This document shows positions 49,862 through 62,650 of a DNA stretch of 64,000 nt, piece after piece; position 1 is the stretch's first letter, and every line of letters starts with the position of its first letter. This DNA comes from Toensbergia leucococca (taxonomy: Eukaryota). A model generated the notes under the pieces. The model saw only the letters and a list, made by a program, of their open reading frames with translations, was not told the DNA's origin and did not search any database. The stretch is from contig JALDZS010000002.1 of the NCBI GenBank assembly GCA_022813965.1, positions 124,001 through 188,000 on the forward strand. The letters are read 5' to 3'. The translations under genes and the position numbers were made by a program.

Positions 49862-50415
49862 GTTGGATGGTTTTGGGGTTTGGCTGAGGAGAAGTGTTTC
49901 AATGGTTGAGAGGGAGTGGGTTTTCGCTCTGCAATGTCCTGGTGAAGTTCCGAGCCTGGGTGGTGAGATGATTTCAGGAGGCTGTTGCAGTAGATGAGTG
50001 CGGTGACCTGAGACCTGAGCATGTCGACATCACCAAAGAAGCTCCTTCCTTATGAGGGTTGTTACGCAATATCCAGAATAGTTATGTTGGCTTCGGGTTG
50101 CTTGACCTAAGTTGAGCTTGCGCGACTGTTTGTAAGTAAACTTTGAATTTTTGAAAATGGGAGTAGTCAATGACATTGATATCATGGGGACATTAGAGAT
50201 CTGTCGCATTGAACGCTTTTTTGATCTGACTTTTTTAATTTGATTTTGAAAAGGAATTCCATGAAACTGGTGATCTCGCAGTAAAGGCAAGCCCCAATTA
50301 CTGAACCACCAGGCAGATTTCGAAAGTAACAAGACTACCTTGAAAATACATCTCATAGTGCCATCTCTACCGTCTTAATCTCTGCCCTTGGGACCCCTTC
50401 TCTAACCTCACTCAC

Positions 50416-50740
50416 TCACTTCCCTTTTGGAGCATTGTAAGTCGAGCCCCCATTGCCATCGTTGTGATAAGTCGAGCCGTTGGGATTGGAGTAGTAGTAG
50501 CTGCCGTTGGTATTGGAATAGTGGTAGGAGTTGCTGTTGCTGGGCTGAGAACTCGACATAGAATAGTCACGAGCGCAATAGTGGTTTCCCTGGCACCAAG
50601 GTGAGCGATCTAATTATAGTGGAGCGACAGGTGAATTGTGAGGATACCTGAGAATTTGTCCCAGAGGACTTGTAGCTGTAGGAATTGCCAGCTTGGCTCG
50701 ACTGGCCTGATTGGCCTGATTTGCTGGACTTGCTACTCAT
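50416..50740 (-). CDS. Small Ser/Asn/Tyr/Gly-rich fungal protein (absent from the ORF track), 2 exons
   Basis: MSSKSSKSGQSGQSSQAGNSYSYKSSGTNSQ|GNHYCARDYS...NSYHYSNTNGSYYYSNPNGSTYHNDGNGGSTYNAPKGK*. Intron 50647-50590 (GTATCC...CAG). Confidence 0.85.
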
Positions 50741-51677
50741 GTTGGTAGGGAGTGGTCAAGATGAACAAATGGGATCAAGTGTATTGACTGATACAAGCGA
50801 TTTGCTTTCAGTCCGGGATGTTTTTCTGGGTTCTTGAAATTGAATGTGGTGGTGAGTGTGTGAGTGTTGTAGAGGCTTTAAGAAGCTTTAAGAAGCGGGG
50901 TCATTTTGACGGTCTGATGACTTTACCATGAACCAGTGAATGATAGGAAAGATTCCCATGTGTTGCTTGCCCTAATTCCTCAAACCTGCTTGACTCTCAC
51001 CAGCGAGATTTGTCTTATAATTTCGGTACCAACATCACTGTTTTCCCTGCAGACATGAACCAAGCAGGTTGTCTTGTGTCTTTTCATTGTCTTGTTTACC
51101 ACTGTAGAATAAAAGAAATTCTGTTCCCCGAATCAATGTGCTGGCCAATAGGAGGAATACTATGAGAGGGGGCCCTGTCATTGAGAAAAAGGGGCGAGAT
51201 GCGAGATGCCAAGGCCATGCCGATTATTGTGATATGATACTCGAGAGTGATGATTGTTAATTATTCCTTAGCTTTGGTCAATTGAGGACTTCATCGACAT
51301 GTACAGTCCCATCTCTGAATTTTTCCTCAAGCATCTGGTATTCAAGAGGTTTTGTTCCACGGCTACGACTCCATTCCGTCTATCAATCTCAATCTCAAAC
51401 CGGAAGCGCTAGAAAAGCATAACCCCCAAAATAGCCCATCAATATCAGCTCCCTGCACTAGCCCGCGACGATCATGCACGAGATTGCTTCTCGCGCTCGA
51501 CTTATGAGACAACAAGGGCCTGGAGGGCAAGCCCGAACAAAAAGGCGTGCATGTCCGGAAATCTTTTAATTAAAATTCCCATCGACGACGACACATTTGC
51601 CCTTCCAAAGTACATAAATTTTCCGCCCTTTTGCGTTGAGACCCCCCACCCTCGTTTTTAAGAACAATAAATCAAAC

Positions 51678-52430
51678 ATGCATTCACTCTTCTTGCTGCC
51701 ATTGGCTCTCCTTGCCTCCACTGCCACCGCGCAAATCAATGCATCAACAATGTAAGCACCCCTCCTCTCCCAATGCATCTCACTCACTAACCCTCCCTAC
51801 CTTAGCACTAACACCGCCGAATTCTCCGCCGCTGCCAATCAGATCGTCTCAGACTTTATCCCGCCATCCATCGTCGTAGCCGTCGGCGTGGCCGTCCAAT
51901 CTGCTGCCTCCGTCGCCAGCATCACCGGCGACATCAACTCGATCGTGCAATCCGCTCTTACGGCCGCAACACCACCTCCCTTCCTCACGGCCATCCCCTC
52001 CGAGTACCAGTCCAACGTCCAAGGCATTGAATCGGCAATTAGCTCGCTGAGGCAGGCTGTGAGCAGTACGTCAACGACGTCCATGATGCCCAATGCGACC
52101 GCCAATGGCACGCTGGTGACTATGACTAATTCGGCTGGGATGCCGTATACGACGTTGATTGCTGCTACTGGCACGGGAGTCAATGGGACGGGATCAAACT
52201 CCACGGTCAGTGGCATGAATCTCGGATCAAGCGTAAGTGAAAGCAGCATCTCGATTAATTGGGAGAGCAATGACTGAAAGTATCTGTAGTCCATGTCGGC
52301 GGCTTTATCGAGTAGCAGTGCTTCAGCTACGGTAGCCAATACCAAGAGCAGCGCCTTCGCCGTGCCCACGCAAGTCCCAGTCATGGCAGCGGGAATAGTC
52401 GGGATGGTGGGATTACTTGCCGTTTTATAG
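51678..52430 (+). CDS. Secreted Ser/Thr-rich, probably GPI-anchored protein, 3 exons
   Basis: Signal peptide [18 protein letters not shown]. Introns at ~51752-51805 and ~52233-52289. C-terminal hydrophobic tail MAAGIVGMVGLLAVL*. Confidence 0.85.
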
Positions 52431-53861
52431 ACATGTTTTACTCGGCGTGTTTTGAAAGGGCGTTTGCAGAATTGTGGGGAAAGTCTGGTGAAAGACTTGG
52501 GGTCTGTATCTTATAGTGTCTCATACATGCTAATTGTTAATTGAACATACCTGAGAGCGAAGGCCGCCCCTTCTATTATACTATTATGTCTAAAACGCAA
52601 GAATCTTTCTCAACCACCCATTCCAATCATTTCAAACACTCAAATTATCCACACCCCCTCAAATATAATCACAGAAAAAAAGAGTTTTCAATCTAACATG
52701 TATAGATGTGTGCAACTAATTTCCTTTCTCTAGCCTTGCAGAAATGAAAGTCTACTAAAAGAAAAAAACATCGAAGAGGGTTGAAGGCCCGCAAGAAAAT
52801 TGGGGGGAGGTAATCAGCTTTTGGAGGAATCACAGGGGCGCCCAACAAGGGAAGGGTTTTGAAGTTGGTGGGTTGTAGACGGGATTGATCTGCTCTACAA
52901 GATAGCCCCATCCCTCCACAACACAAACTCCAGTAAAAAAAAACATACCTATCGCACCTCTCGCACCATCACCCTCGCTGTCAAAAGACCTAAAGCACCT
53001 ACCTCATTCCCTGGGGGGGGGTGGTAGGATCCCAAATCTCCATCTCCATCTTCCCTTTCCCCCAATTCTCAACCGACGCAAAAGAACGGAAAGCTTTGTG
53101 GTCGATTCAAGATCTCCGTCTCTTTTTCATTCAATTGCGAGATGTTTGTTTTGAAACTGGCAAACAACTTGACGTTTTTCTGTACGGGTGAATTTGTTCT
53201 AAGATTGGGATACAGTCATGAGAATACCTAGAATAGTCTGGCTTGTAGTATGAGCGAGGGTGATGATTTAGCTAGTAAGACGACACAATGGTCTAAAGGG
53301 ACTAGGTATATGCATAATACTGCATGACAGATTACACGGTGGTTATCCAAGTGTGACAAAAGTCGTCACAGCGGCTCTGGGGAATTTCCAAGTCCTTCTA
53401 TTGCTCTTCGTGGCTACTGAGCTTCATCCCTGTCCTCCCTGTCCGATAACCCTTGATTTTCTCATCGAACTCCTCACCACAAATCTTGAATTCTTCTATC
53501 TTTTTGGAAGGGAGCCAGCTGTTTTTTCCTTCTCAAGTTCCGTCCCAACTTCATTTCGAACACCAATCTCTCAACCTCCTCACGGCAACCTCAGAACTTC
53601 TTCTTCACCACCTACTCAAATCTAAATATCTGACCTCTCTTGAAAGACTTGATGCCTTGTATATAAGCATACATCATCATATGACTACTCTTTCAACGGG
53701 AATCTTCGTCGCTCCGACGTTCTACCACATCCCTCACTCAAACTGTCTCAGCTTTAGAGGCTCTGCCTAGTTTGCAGAGGGCGGACTTCAGTCCCAGGAG
53801 TTTTGAAAACCTCATCGGGAGTCGGTATGCGTCACGCTTGGATTCATGGCCCTGTGAAGGA

Positions 53862-54152
53862 TTGAACTACTATATGATCTTTGTATATATGCTTAATGGC
53901 ACTGACAACATACTCCGTCTCGGATTCGGTCAACTCGACCGTGGATGACGATCTAAGCACTGGTCTATATGCCTTCAGTTCTGGAATTTGCATTAGTTGT
54001 TGGGCATGCTTCTGAGCCGCTGCCATTTCGGTTGCGGCACTATCAGTACTGCCGTTTGCCTGAGCCTTTCTGGGCCCTGTGCTTGGCGCTTTGAGGGTGG
54101 GCGTCGCACTCGTCAGCTTCTTCGTCCGCTCTTCGGCAAGAGCTTGCTCGTG
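53862..54152 (-). pseudogene. Isolated internal fragment of coatomer gamma subunit (Sec21/gamma-COP)
   Basis: EQALAEERTKKLTSATPTLKAPSTGP...QQLMQIPELKAYRPVLRSS.TVELTESETEYVVSAIKHIYKDHIVVQ matches the gamma-COP linker/appendage start. In-frame stops lie on both sides and no other Sec21 sequence is visible nearby. Confidence 0.85.
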
Positions 54153-54154
54153 AT

Positions 54155-54297
54155 GGACCTCAGTATGAGGAGCTTCAAACTCCTCATCGTGAATCAGCCT
54201 GCGCCAGCAGTACCAAGGCAGGGTCCTTCAATGGACGGACCTCAGCATGAGGAGTTTCAAACTCTTAGTCGCGAGTCAGTTTGCGTCAGCAGTACCA
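54155..54297. repeat. Imperfect direct repeat, 2 x ~61 bp, period 82 bp
   Basis: GGACCTCAGYATGAGGAGYTTCAAACTC...CAGCAGTACCA at 54155 and 54237. Confidence 0.88.
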
Positions 54298-55092
54298 CCA
54301 CGCACACGGTATGGTGCAGGTATTCTGTTTTGTTCTTTTTCCTTCACTCAAACGCAATTGAGGCGAGGTAAACGTACTTGTAGCTTTCTGCGAACGCCAC
54401 TTGGCCGGCCTGAACCAGAATGTTATAGGCGGTCTCATTCTTGCCAATACCAGGTATCAGGCGCAGATCTTCAAGCAGTGAAGCCGAGGTTAGTTCAATT
54501 GCTTGCTTGATGTACTTGGGATTGATGAAACTGAGTTTGAGGATCCCTTGAGAGCAACATTCTCAGACCTGTTTGTGTATACAAGCTCATTAGGATCGGC
54601 GAGCGTCATTATGGCCATAGTAGCTAGCTCTTCATAGTAGACATCTGATTCGTGCCATGGTGGTGAACCCATTCGGTGCGTATCCCATGAGAACAACTGG
54701 TTCCAATGCTTCGGACTTTCTGATGAGTCAAGTATCGCCTACCAAGCAATCATCGATCTTGTCAGGTTCTTCGCAACTGCAGTTAAAATCTAAATCCTGC
54801 GTCTTTCATCTTTCTACCTTTTGAGAATGAACTCAAGTTGCAGAGGTTCCAACCCCTGGCTGCCCCACACGGCTGCTGGTAGGTCAAGCTTCCGCATGAC
54901 TTGGAGAGGGGTTTAAATAATTCCTTAACGCAGGCTGTATTTTCCTGATATAGGAGACTCTCTCAAGTAGACCTGTTTTCCCCTTATCTTATCTATCAGC
55001 GAAGGTTTGCCATTCAGATTTGGATGTCGCAGTCTATTTCTTTGATGTGTACTCGTGCAAAGGATGTTATCCCTAACGAAGAGCTCTACGCT

Positions 55093-57388
55093 TCAAAACA
55101 ACGCAAAATTTGCAGGCAATTGGCCGCCGGTTCCATCTCCAGACAAATTATCAAATTGCGCATCTTGGATAAACTCGTCCCACTGACTCCAATCGATCAT
55201 GTCCAGATCCTGAGTGAGGGTTTGAAACGAACTATCATTTGTGACAGGAACTTCTTCAGGAATCATGGATTGTGGTGGTTGCCAATATTGGAGATCTGAC
55301 GTGGCCAACTGTCCCAATGGCTCGAATTGACGAAAACCTTCCTGAGGCGGGTTATAAGAGTATGAGAGCCCACTAGCACCAGCGCCGATTTGTAAGTCGG
55401 ACAGTTGCGTGTCAGATCTCTGAGTATGCGTAGACAGACTCTCCGATCTTGCTTGTTGGGCCCTTGCAAGAAGCTTTTTCATAGGACGCCACAAGGCCCC
55501 GTTTCGACTATCTGCGACGGTCATGGCAAAGCGTTCGTAGCTTGAATCGATAATTCTCCAGGCTCTCTCCACATCGGGGCCCTGGGTCAAAACGCAAAGT
55601 TCGGCGAGAATAACAGCCACCGGATGCCACTGGACAAAGGTTCTAAAATACCATCGCCATTTGGCGGCAGCTGCATCCTGCTCTATGCTCTCTACGACTT
55701 CAAGAATCGAACAAGCTGTTCGTAAACTGTTTTCTCTCATGGTTTGTGGACGACTGACCATTCGACCGCATTCTTGTAGGGGATATTGTATGAGGAGCCA
55801 CAGCTTAGACATGATCAAGCGTCCCACGAGAGATGCGACCCAGAATATCGGGATCGTAATATCAAATTTCGCGAAGTAGTCGTTCTCCAAGGTCCGAAAG
55901 CAGGAATTGACAATGTTCTCCTTCTGTCGCATGCTCAGTGTTGTAGATTCGGAATCGCTGTGAAGGCTTATTGGCGGTTCGTATTGGAGCCTCCGTGCTG
56001 CGTGGATAATCTCATTCGTCATTAGGCAAAATGTCATTTCTGTGCAGCCAGCTACTCCCACGATGCTGTTTTTGGTTTCACGGCTAATATCCGAGTCATC
56101 GATGTTGGCAGGGAATGGGGTATTGTAGGTGGCATTCAGGATCATTGGTTCAGTGCTTCGATCATCAGAAGCTCGCATGTCTAGAACACAGATCTGCCAC
56201 CATAACCTTCGCCGCATTTCAATCTCAAAGGGCGTGAAGTTTGAGTGAGGAACATCTCGGTGTAGACCAAATGCTTGCCCAATACGCACAGCAACGGCGA
56301 CGAGGGTCCATCCATAACGACTTCCATCATGACAGCGAAGACCCATCTAAAGGGTGGGAAATCAGCGAATGGCCTTTTGCATCCACGGATAGGATTTAAG
56401 GAAAGAAAGCTAGTAATAAGTGACATGTGAAGTGGCAGTTGTGGCAGAGACTTACGAGGTAGATGACAAAAGCCTGTAAGGTAGTAATTTCAGTTGTGCT
56501 AAGAAAGCCGGCACTATCCAAAGCCGACTCTGTACCGTGCCTAAAGCGTAGGAGAGCAGGACCTTTACCCTGGCCCAATACTTGATGGCACTCGTCATCT
56601 GACATAGCATTGATGGCTGCGTAGTAGATAGCAAACAGTAGGGCCTCCATAGCATTTTCAATTGCATCCAAAGACGTTGCAGCTTTCATGACAGAGCTCT
56701 CAAGAGTTGGAAGATGCATTATCTTGAACACCGGATCGACATTGGTCATGTAAAGGCCGAGTAATTTCTGAATCTGCGGTGAAGTGGGGTGCAGAGGAAG
56801 TAGACTCGCCGGCTGTGAACCATGACCGAAAAGCAATCCAATGTTGTGAGATTGATAATTGTCTTGCGAACTAAGCTCACTGCCTCGATCGGCCGGCTCA
56901 TCTTCGTCTGATGATTGATCAAGCACATCTCGGAGTCCCTCAACCTAAAGAATTATGTTGGCAAGCTCAGAAGGGGTTCATAGTCACAGACTGACCTCGT
57001 TAGTGAGGCTTATCCAGAATGCGCTGCCTAGCCTCTCGTCATCTGGGGGCGTCCTCAAAGGAGTTTGAATGCCATTGGCGTCGGGTGCCTTCTTTGGCTG
57101 GTCGGAGTGGACGTTGCCTTCAATGGTCGAATGAGAAGTGTGAGAAGTGTTGTTTTCAGCCTGTAAACCAACGAGGCCTTCAAGCCGGTGCAAGCGTTTC
57201 AACAATTCAGCTTCGCGGGCTTGACTGACTACTGGCCTTTTTCGCCGTTTCCTAGTTCGATCGGGCGAAATGCATTCGAGGCCTAGCTTCACACACGCGC
57301 TACACGGCTGCTTCTTATCGCACTTCACTTTGCGCTGGCGACAAGCGGTGCAGCTGAGGAGTCTAGGCGGTTGACCTTTGCTGGACAT
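55093..57388 (-). CDS. Zn(II)2Cys6 transcription factor with fungal-specific middle homology domain, 3 exons
   Basis: CTACRQRKVKCDKKQPCSACVKLGLEC, NVDPVFKIMHLPT, GLHRD...EMRRRLWWQICVLD, PANIDD, WRWYFRTFVQWH. Introns 56995-56945 and 56455-56347. Confidence 0.95.
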
Positions 57389-57544
57389 GGCGGTAGAGAC
57401 AGAGATATGGATGACCAGTACGGAGTATAATAGGTAGCCAAGGAGCCACAGGATTTAAAAGTTATTTCTCCGTATCTTCGGATAAGAATAAAACTTGCTG
57501 ACCGACCTAACTTCACTGCTTCAGGTCTCAGGACTCTCCACTCG

Positions 57545-57567
57545 ATGAATGAATGAATGAATGAATG
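57545..57567. repeat. (ATGA)n microsatellite, about 5.75 copies
   Basis: Read directly from the sequence. Confidence 0.85.
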
Positions 57568-58194
57568 GATGCCTAGTGCCACTGGGTGCTAATGTGATTT
57601 CGTCTCAATCATCACTCATCACTCATCACGCCATCATCATACGAGTCTACGTGAGCCTGCACCTTTTGTGTTCTTCCATCAGATTTGAGAAAGCAATAGA
57701 TATTGCTAACTAGCAAAGACCTCTCAGTCTTTCTTAGTACATACCACTGCTTGGATGAACCTCAAGTCAGTATCATCATGGCTCGAGTATCTTCGCTCGG
57801 GAGTGCTTCCTTACATGCGCTTGTAGGATAAATGCTGGCGTCGGTTCAAAGTGAAACTCGGTCATCTGGAGAGGGATTTCTCTGTTTCATCAGAGTTGTT
57901 GCTCGCTCAGAAGTCCTCTTACAATCATCTCGAGCTGCATTTCAGCCTCTCCAGCTTGCTCTCCCTGCTGGGTGGGCAACCAGGCAATGCTCTACAGTAC
58001 GCAAGCATCGCCATGACACTCTTTTCGGAGATATTTTTCAGGAATCATTGATTTCTAGTCCATATCTGCTTTACTATCATACTCGTTTCTAGAAGCGCAT
58101 CGAGGACGAAGATAGCAACACTCAGACGTCGCTAAAACACCGCCTGTTAACTTCCTCTATTTCAATCATCATTACTCTCTTCGCAAAATTCACC

Positions 58195-59404
58195 ATGTCC
58201 TTGATTACCATATTGCCTATTGCTGGTTCGTATGATTTTGCAGGTTGCCATCCCGAGTATGGAACTGGTCTCCATCTCAGTGAGTGCATAAGTGCGATAG
58301 AACAACTCCCGGTTGGAAGCCGTGAAACTCCTTTTTATGCCAGATCAGCGGGTCATAGGCAATATGCGTTACCAATGCAGAAACATTCGGGTCAGTACCC
58401 ACGCTTGTTTATTAGCTGCTGTATAGTTAATTTTGCTATCAGGGTCTTGTTATGTGACAATCGAGACGTCAGGAAGTAGCTCAATGCCTCTGAGCTGGCT
58501 GATTCCCGACGATATTCGCAATAGAGCCACCCGACTCGCGGGCAACTGCGTAGGAGAATTTGATGGCATCGGAGGATTTGAGGTACTCGATCTTGCTCAT
58601 CTGGTTAGCTGGGCTGTCACCGTTCCTCCGCCCATCCCGCCATGGCATAATCCTCCCCCAGTAGGCGCTACCTTTGCCACAATCACCATAAGCGGTCCGA
58701 GTAATAAGATGTTCTCCCCAGGTAACACCGACCCGGCTATTGCTTTCGCCGTCGCGGACGCTCTCGCCACAATATACGGTGAAAACGATATTGACCTCCA
58801 CAGCCAAAGACTGCTTCTGGACAAGGAACATTATTGGCGTACCGTAGGTGAACAGATGGACAGGGGAGGTACCACGCCCTGGTGGCAAGCTGCAGTCCCG
58901 CAAGCCTCTGCCGAGACCGTCTACGAATGTGATGCTAGTTTAGGTAGTCCTTCATTGGCTGATTGCTCTCAAATAGAATGGAGTCAGCTCGGCCCCTTCG
59001 GAAAGGTATCCGATTCAATCCAAATAGAGCCGGGAGCGCCGACTTTTCTACATTCAAACACCTGCTACCTTGCTATTTCCGCCACGGCGCCCCTTGTCCT
59101 CACATGGCAACAGATCCGAGCTGCAGTCGCCACACTCATGGGCATCTGCCTCGAAAATCCGTATCAATCGTCGCAAGGAGGTAGAGCCTATTTTGGTTCA
59201 CAACTTCAGCAGCCAAATGGACGCAAAGCAAAAGCGAAGAGGCAGAATGGAGGTCTGCTTGGTTTGAATGCGCTTCCGCCGAACGCAAATATCACCATAT
59301 TTCGGCAGCTGGAACCCTGGACCAATCCAATCAACGAAATTGAGACTTGTGCTTGGCAAGCTGTAAAGATCGGAGCTTCGGTGATGGGTTGTAAAGTAAT
59401 ATGA
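58195..59404 (+). CDS. Cys-containing hypothetical protein, possibly secreted, with two related domains, 2 exons
   Basis: Exon 1 ...GCHPEYG..ECISAIEQLP...YALPMQKHS. Intron ~58391-58442. Exon 2 GSCYVTI...GNCV..GIGG and YECDASLGSPSLADCSQI...TCYLAI...GICL...QGGRAY. The true start may lie further upstream. Confidence 0.72.
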
Positions 59405-61366
59405 TACTCTACGTTAGCTTTGTCCCATTGATTAAAATAGGGAAAATGAGAGAGATCACAAAATAACATAATATTGCTAATACACCTGATCGACCAGGTT
59501 TGTTCTCTCATCTCATCAATTCTATCACAGTAATTAGATATCAGCCATGCAGACTCATGACCTAGAACTTTACATTGAGTCTTCTGCACCGCCCCTCTCA
59601 CTGAGCAGCTTCACAGGCTGTAGCACAAGAATATTCACTCTCTGACTTCATAAACAATTGACGAGAGAAAGTTTTTCAATGAATGCATAAGCTCTGTCGT
59701 CTAGGTTGTCATGCTCTCGGAAGAACAACTTATACATAAGAAAAGAAAACCGAAGCATCACACATATAGCTATATATAAAAGGCATCTATAACCTTTGAC
59801 TTTGCTTCTAGGCCTCACTCCCTCCTCTTGAATCAAAATTAAAAGAAATCATCACACGCAATAAGTGTTGAGTTTCGTACCTCTTTCTCTAATTTACTCG
59901 TTATCTCATCCGAAAGAGAAGGAAGCATGCAACCGCCAAGGCGCGTGCTTTGCCCTCAATCCTGGCGCGCACTCACTTCAGCAAGCGGTACATCAGGCAA
60001 ACCCATTGTCACAGACTCGGAAACAATAGAGCTGAGCTCATTACCAGAGTTTGAGCCGGACTGAGAAAGCAACGATGACAACAACGACAATGACAATGAA
60101 GACAACGCCTTTCAAGAGATCCCACGCCAGGCAAAGCCGAATCCCAAACTTGAATGAGGAAGATTGACGTCCGTGAATCATATGAATGGCATCCTGATGT
60201 GAAAACGCGCCACGAACAGGATGTGGATGATGAGTCGCCATTACCCTTTACATAGGTAAATTGCGAAGGTAATTAGCAGCAGTATCTCCGAGGCAACTCA
60301 CGTCGAAGTCTTTTCGTCCATCCCAGAAGTACTTTTTCCTCTTGCTCGTCTCTCACAAGCTCAACGCAACACTATAAAACCAGTCTGCCAGTCTTCATTT
60401 ATGTTCCCTGTGTCCTACTACCTCTCTTCGCTTCTTCGATATGCACTTGAGCAAGCTTCCCATGCCCCTGATCTCATTTGGGACGATTGGATGTCACCAG
60501 TTTTACCCTTACGCTATCTTTCACTTGCCAGCATGGACAACACCCCTCCGTCATCCGCCGCTCCCAATGCCACTGATTCTGATTGGGCCGATTTTCATTT
60601 CCGAAGTCCAAAAGTCAGCTCAGGTTCTTCCTGAATTGGGAGTGACCTTCGAGGACTTTCTCCACGACCTAACTTCCACCATCCTCATGAGCCGGCAACA
60701 GTGTATCATTCTCCACCCCAGCAAACCCCAGCATGACCCCTTCTTCTCAATTCCGACCGATGCAATACCAAAACCCTCCAACCTATCCAAATGCATTTCT
60801 TCTCGTCGTGCCGCACTACTCCATTCGAATTGCCAATGCCGAGAAGAGTAGCAAAACTTCAACCCTTTGTGGAAAATAACTGGGTTTTTGTAAAAAAAGA
60901 AAATGCATTTTTATATTTCTTGCTGGGAACTGAATTGCTGCTCTACAAAACTCTGTCGCTGTTAGTTTTAGGGCACTGGATTACGAGCTGTGCGTGGGAT
61001 AGGGGCTCAGAAGTCTTTCTGATATGAAATAAAACCCACGTGCTTTGCGTGGTATGCTTTCCTATATGACCCCTGAGGAGGGATTATTCATATCATTTCA
61101 AAATTCCTTTAGACTCGCCTGAATATAGACCATCAAGAGATGTCTACCTAGGCATCGTGATTGCTAAAGTTCTAGGAAAAGGCACTACTGCGAAGTTACT
61201 GTTAAGTGGCCCCACAATAATATTAAATGTTTTCGTGAATGTTTTTTCTCAATAATTTTTCTTACAATCAAGATTTTTCCAAAAAGACTATTACCGAAGA
61301 ATAGAAACACAACGAGCGTAGACAACCATTCTTCGTCTGTCATAGATCCTTTTAACCGAGTCCCTC

Positions 61367-62650
61367 TCATTTCTTCTTGCCGTCCAGATCAGCATAAAAG
61401 TCCCATCCGAAACTAGCCGAGGCATCGTTGAACCGCAATTTCTTATCTATGCCGTTTAGTGCCGTGAGATCGGCTGGCTCGAGCTTGAAATCTCCTTCAA
61501 GATTGGACTTGATGCGTGAGGGTGTCTTGCTTTTTGGGATGACGCTGTGTCCACTGTTGATGCCCCATGCTTTTTCTAGCGGTCAATGTTCCGCACTACT
61601 GGTTGGATAACAAGATCTGCTAGCATACCTAACGCGGTTTGCGCACCGCTTTTGCCATACTTTTTGCCGACCTCAACCAAGGTTGGGTCATCCATTAATT
61701 TGCCCATGTTCTTGCCGCTATCGTAGATTTCGTTCTGGTTTCCGAAACTGTGTGTTGTTAATATTCCTTGCGGAGAGCGATGATTCTTCGAAATAAGTCC
61801 TTACGGCGAATATTGAGTTATATGAATGCCTTTGCTCCTGTTGAACTCGATGAAATCTTTCTGCTGTAACCATGGGTGTAACTCAAGCTGATGGTCTGCA
61901 GGAACGACGGTGGTCTCTTTCAACAACCTCTCTAATTCTGCCCGCGAGAAGTTGGAGATGCCAATTGCTTTGGTCTTCCCGCTCTTGAGAGTCTTTTCCA
62001 TAGCTTTGTACGTCTGTATTCTATTGAGGCTGTGCAGTCTGCTGCGATATGGTGAAAACATACATCAACATAATCAGAGTCTCCAGTGATCATCTTCCCA
62101 TTGCTATCTTTTGGCATAACCTTGTCCCCACGCGCAAATGGCGAAGGCCAATGCATGAGGTAGAGATCAAGGTAATCGGTGTCCAAATCTTTCAGTGAGG
62201 CATCAAGTGCCGCTTCTACATCCTCAGGGTGATGGCTATTGTTCCACAGTTTCGTCGTGATGAATAGATTCTCCCTTGGGATACCACTCTTCTTGATTGC
62301 TCGACCAACAGCAGGCTCAGTGCCATAGCTTTTAGGATGTCAGCCTTGTCTTTCTACTTATCACTTGGAGTACGCACATGCGAGCGGTATCAATGTGAGT
62401 ATAGCCAGCTTTTAAAGCCTCAGCAACAGCATCTTCCTGAGAATCTTTGTCCTGCAGGGCGAACAGTCAATAGATGACTTTCGAAATTTCTGCGAGATGA
62501 TGTATCAACCTGCCAAGTCCCGAATCCGATAGCAGGAATCTCGGCACCAGTGTTTAGCCTTTGCTTGGTGTTTAGTGTCGCCATGTTTCGACTGTTGGGC
62601 GATAGTTGATTTGAGATTTGGCTAAGCCTGGATGTGGCAGCTTGAGTCAT
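61367..62650 (-). CDS. Aldo-keto reductase (Gcy1/Ypr1-like glycerol dehydrogenase type), about 6 exons
   Basis: [65 protein letters not shown]. The core ATG is at 62584, with upstream in-frame ATGs at 62650 and 62662. Confidence 0.95.
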
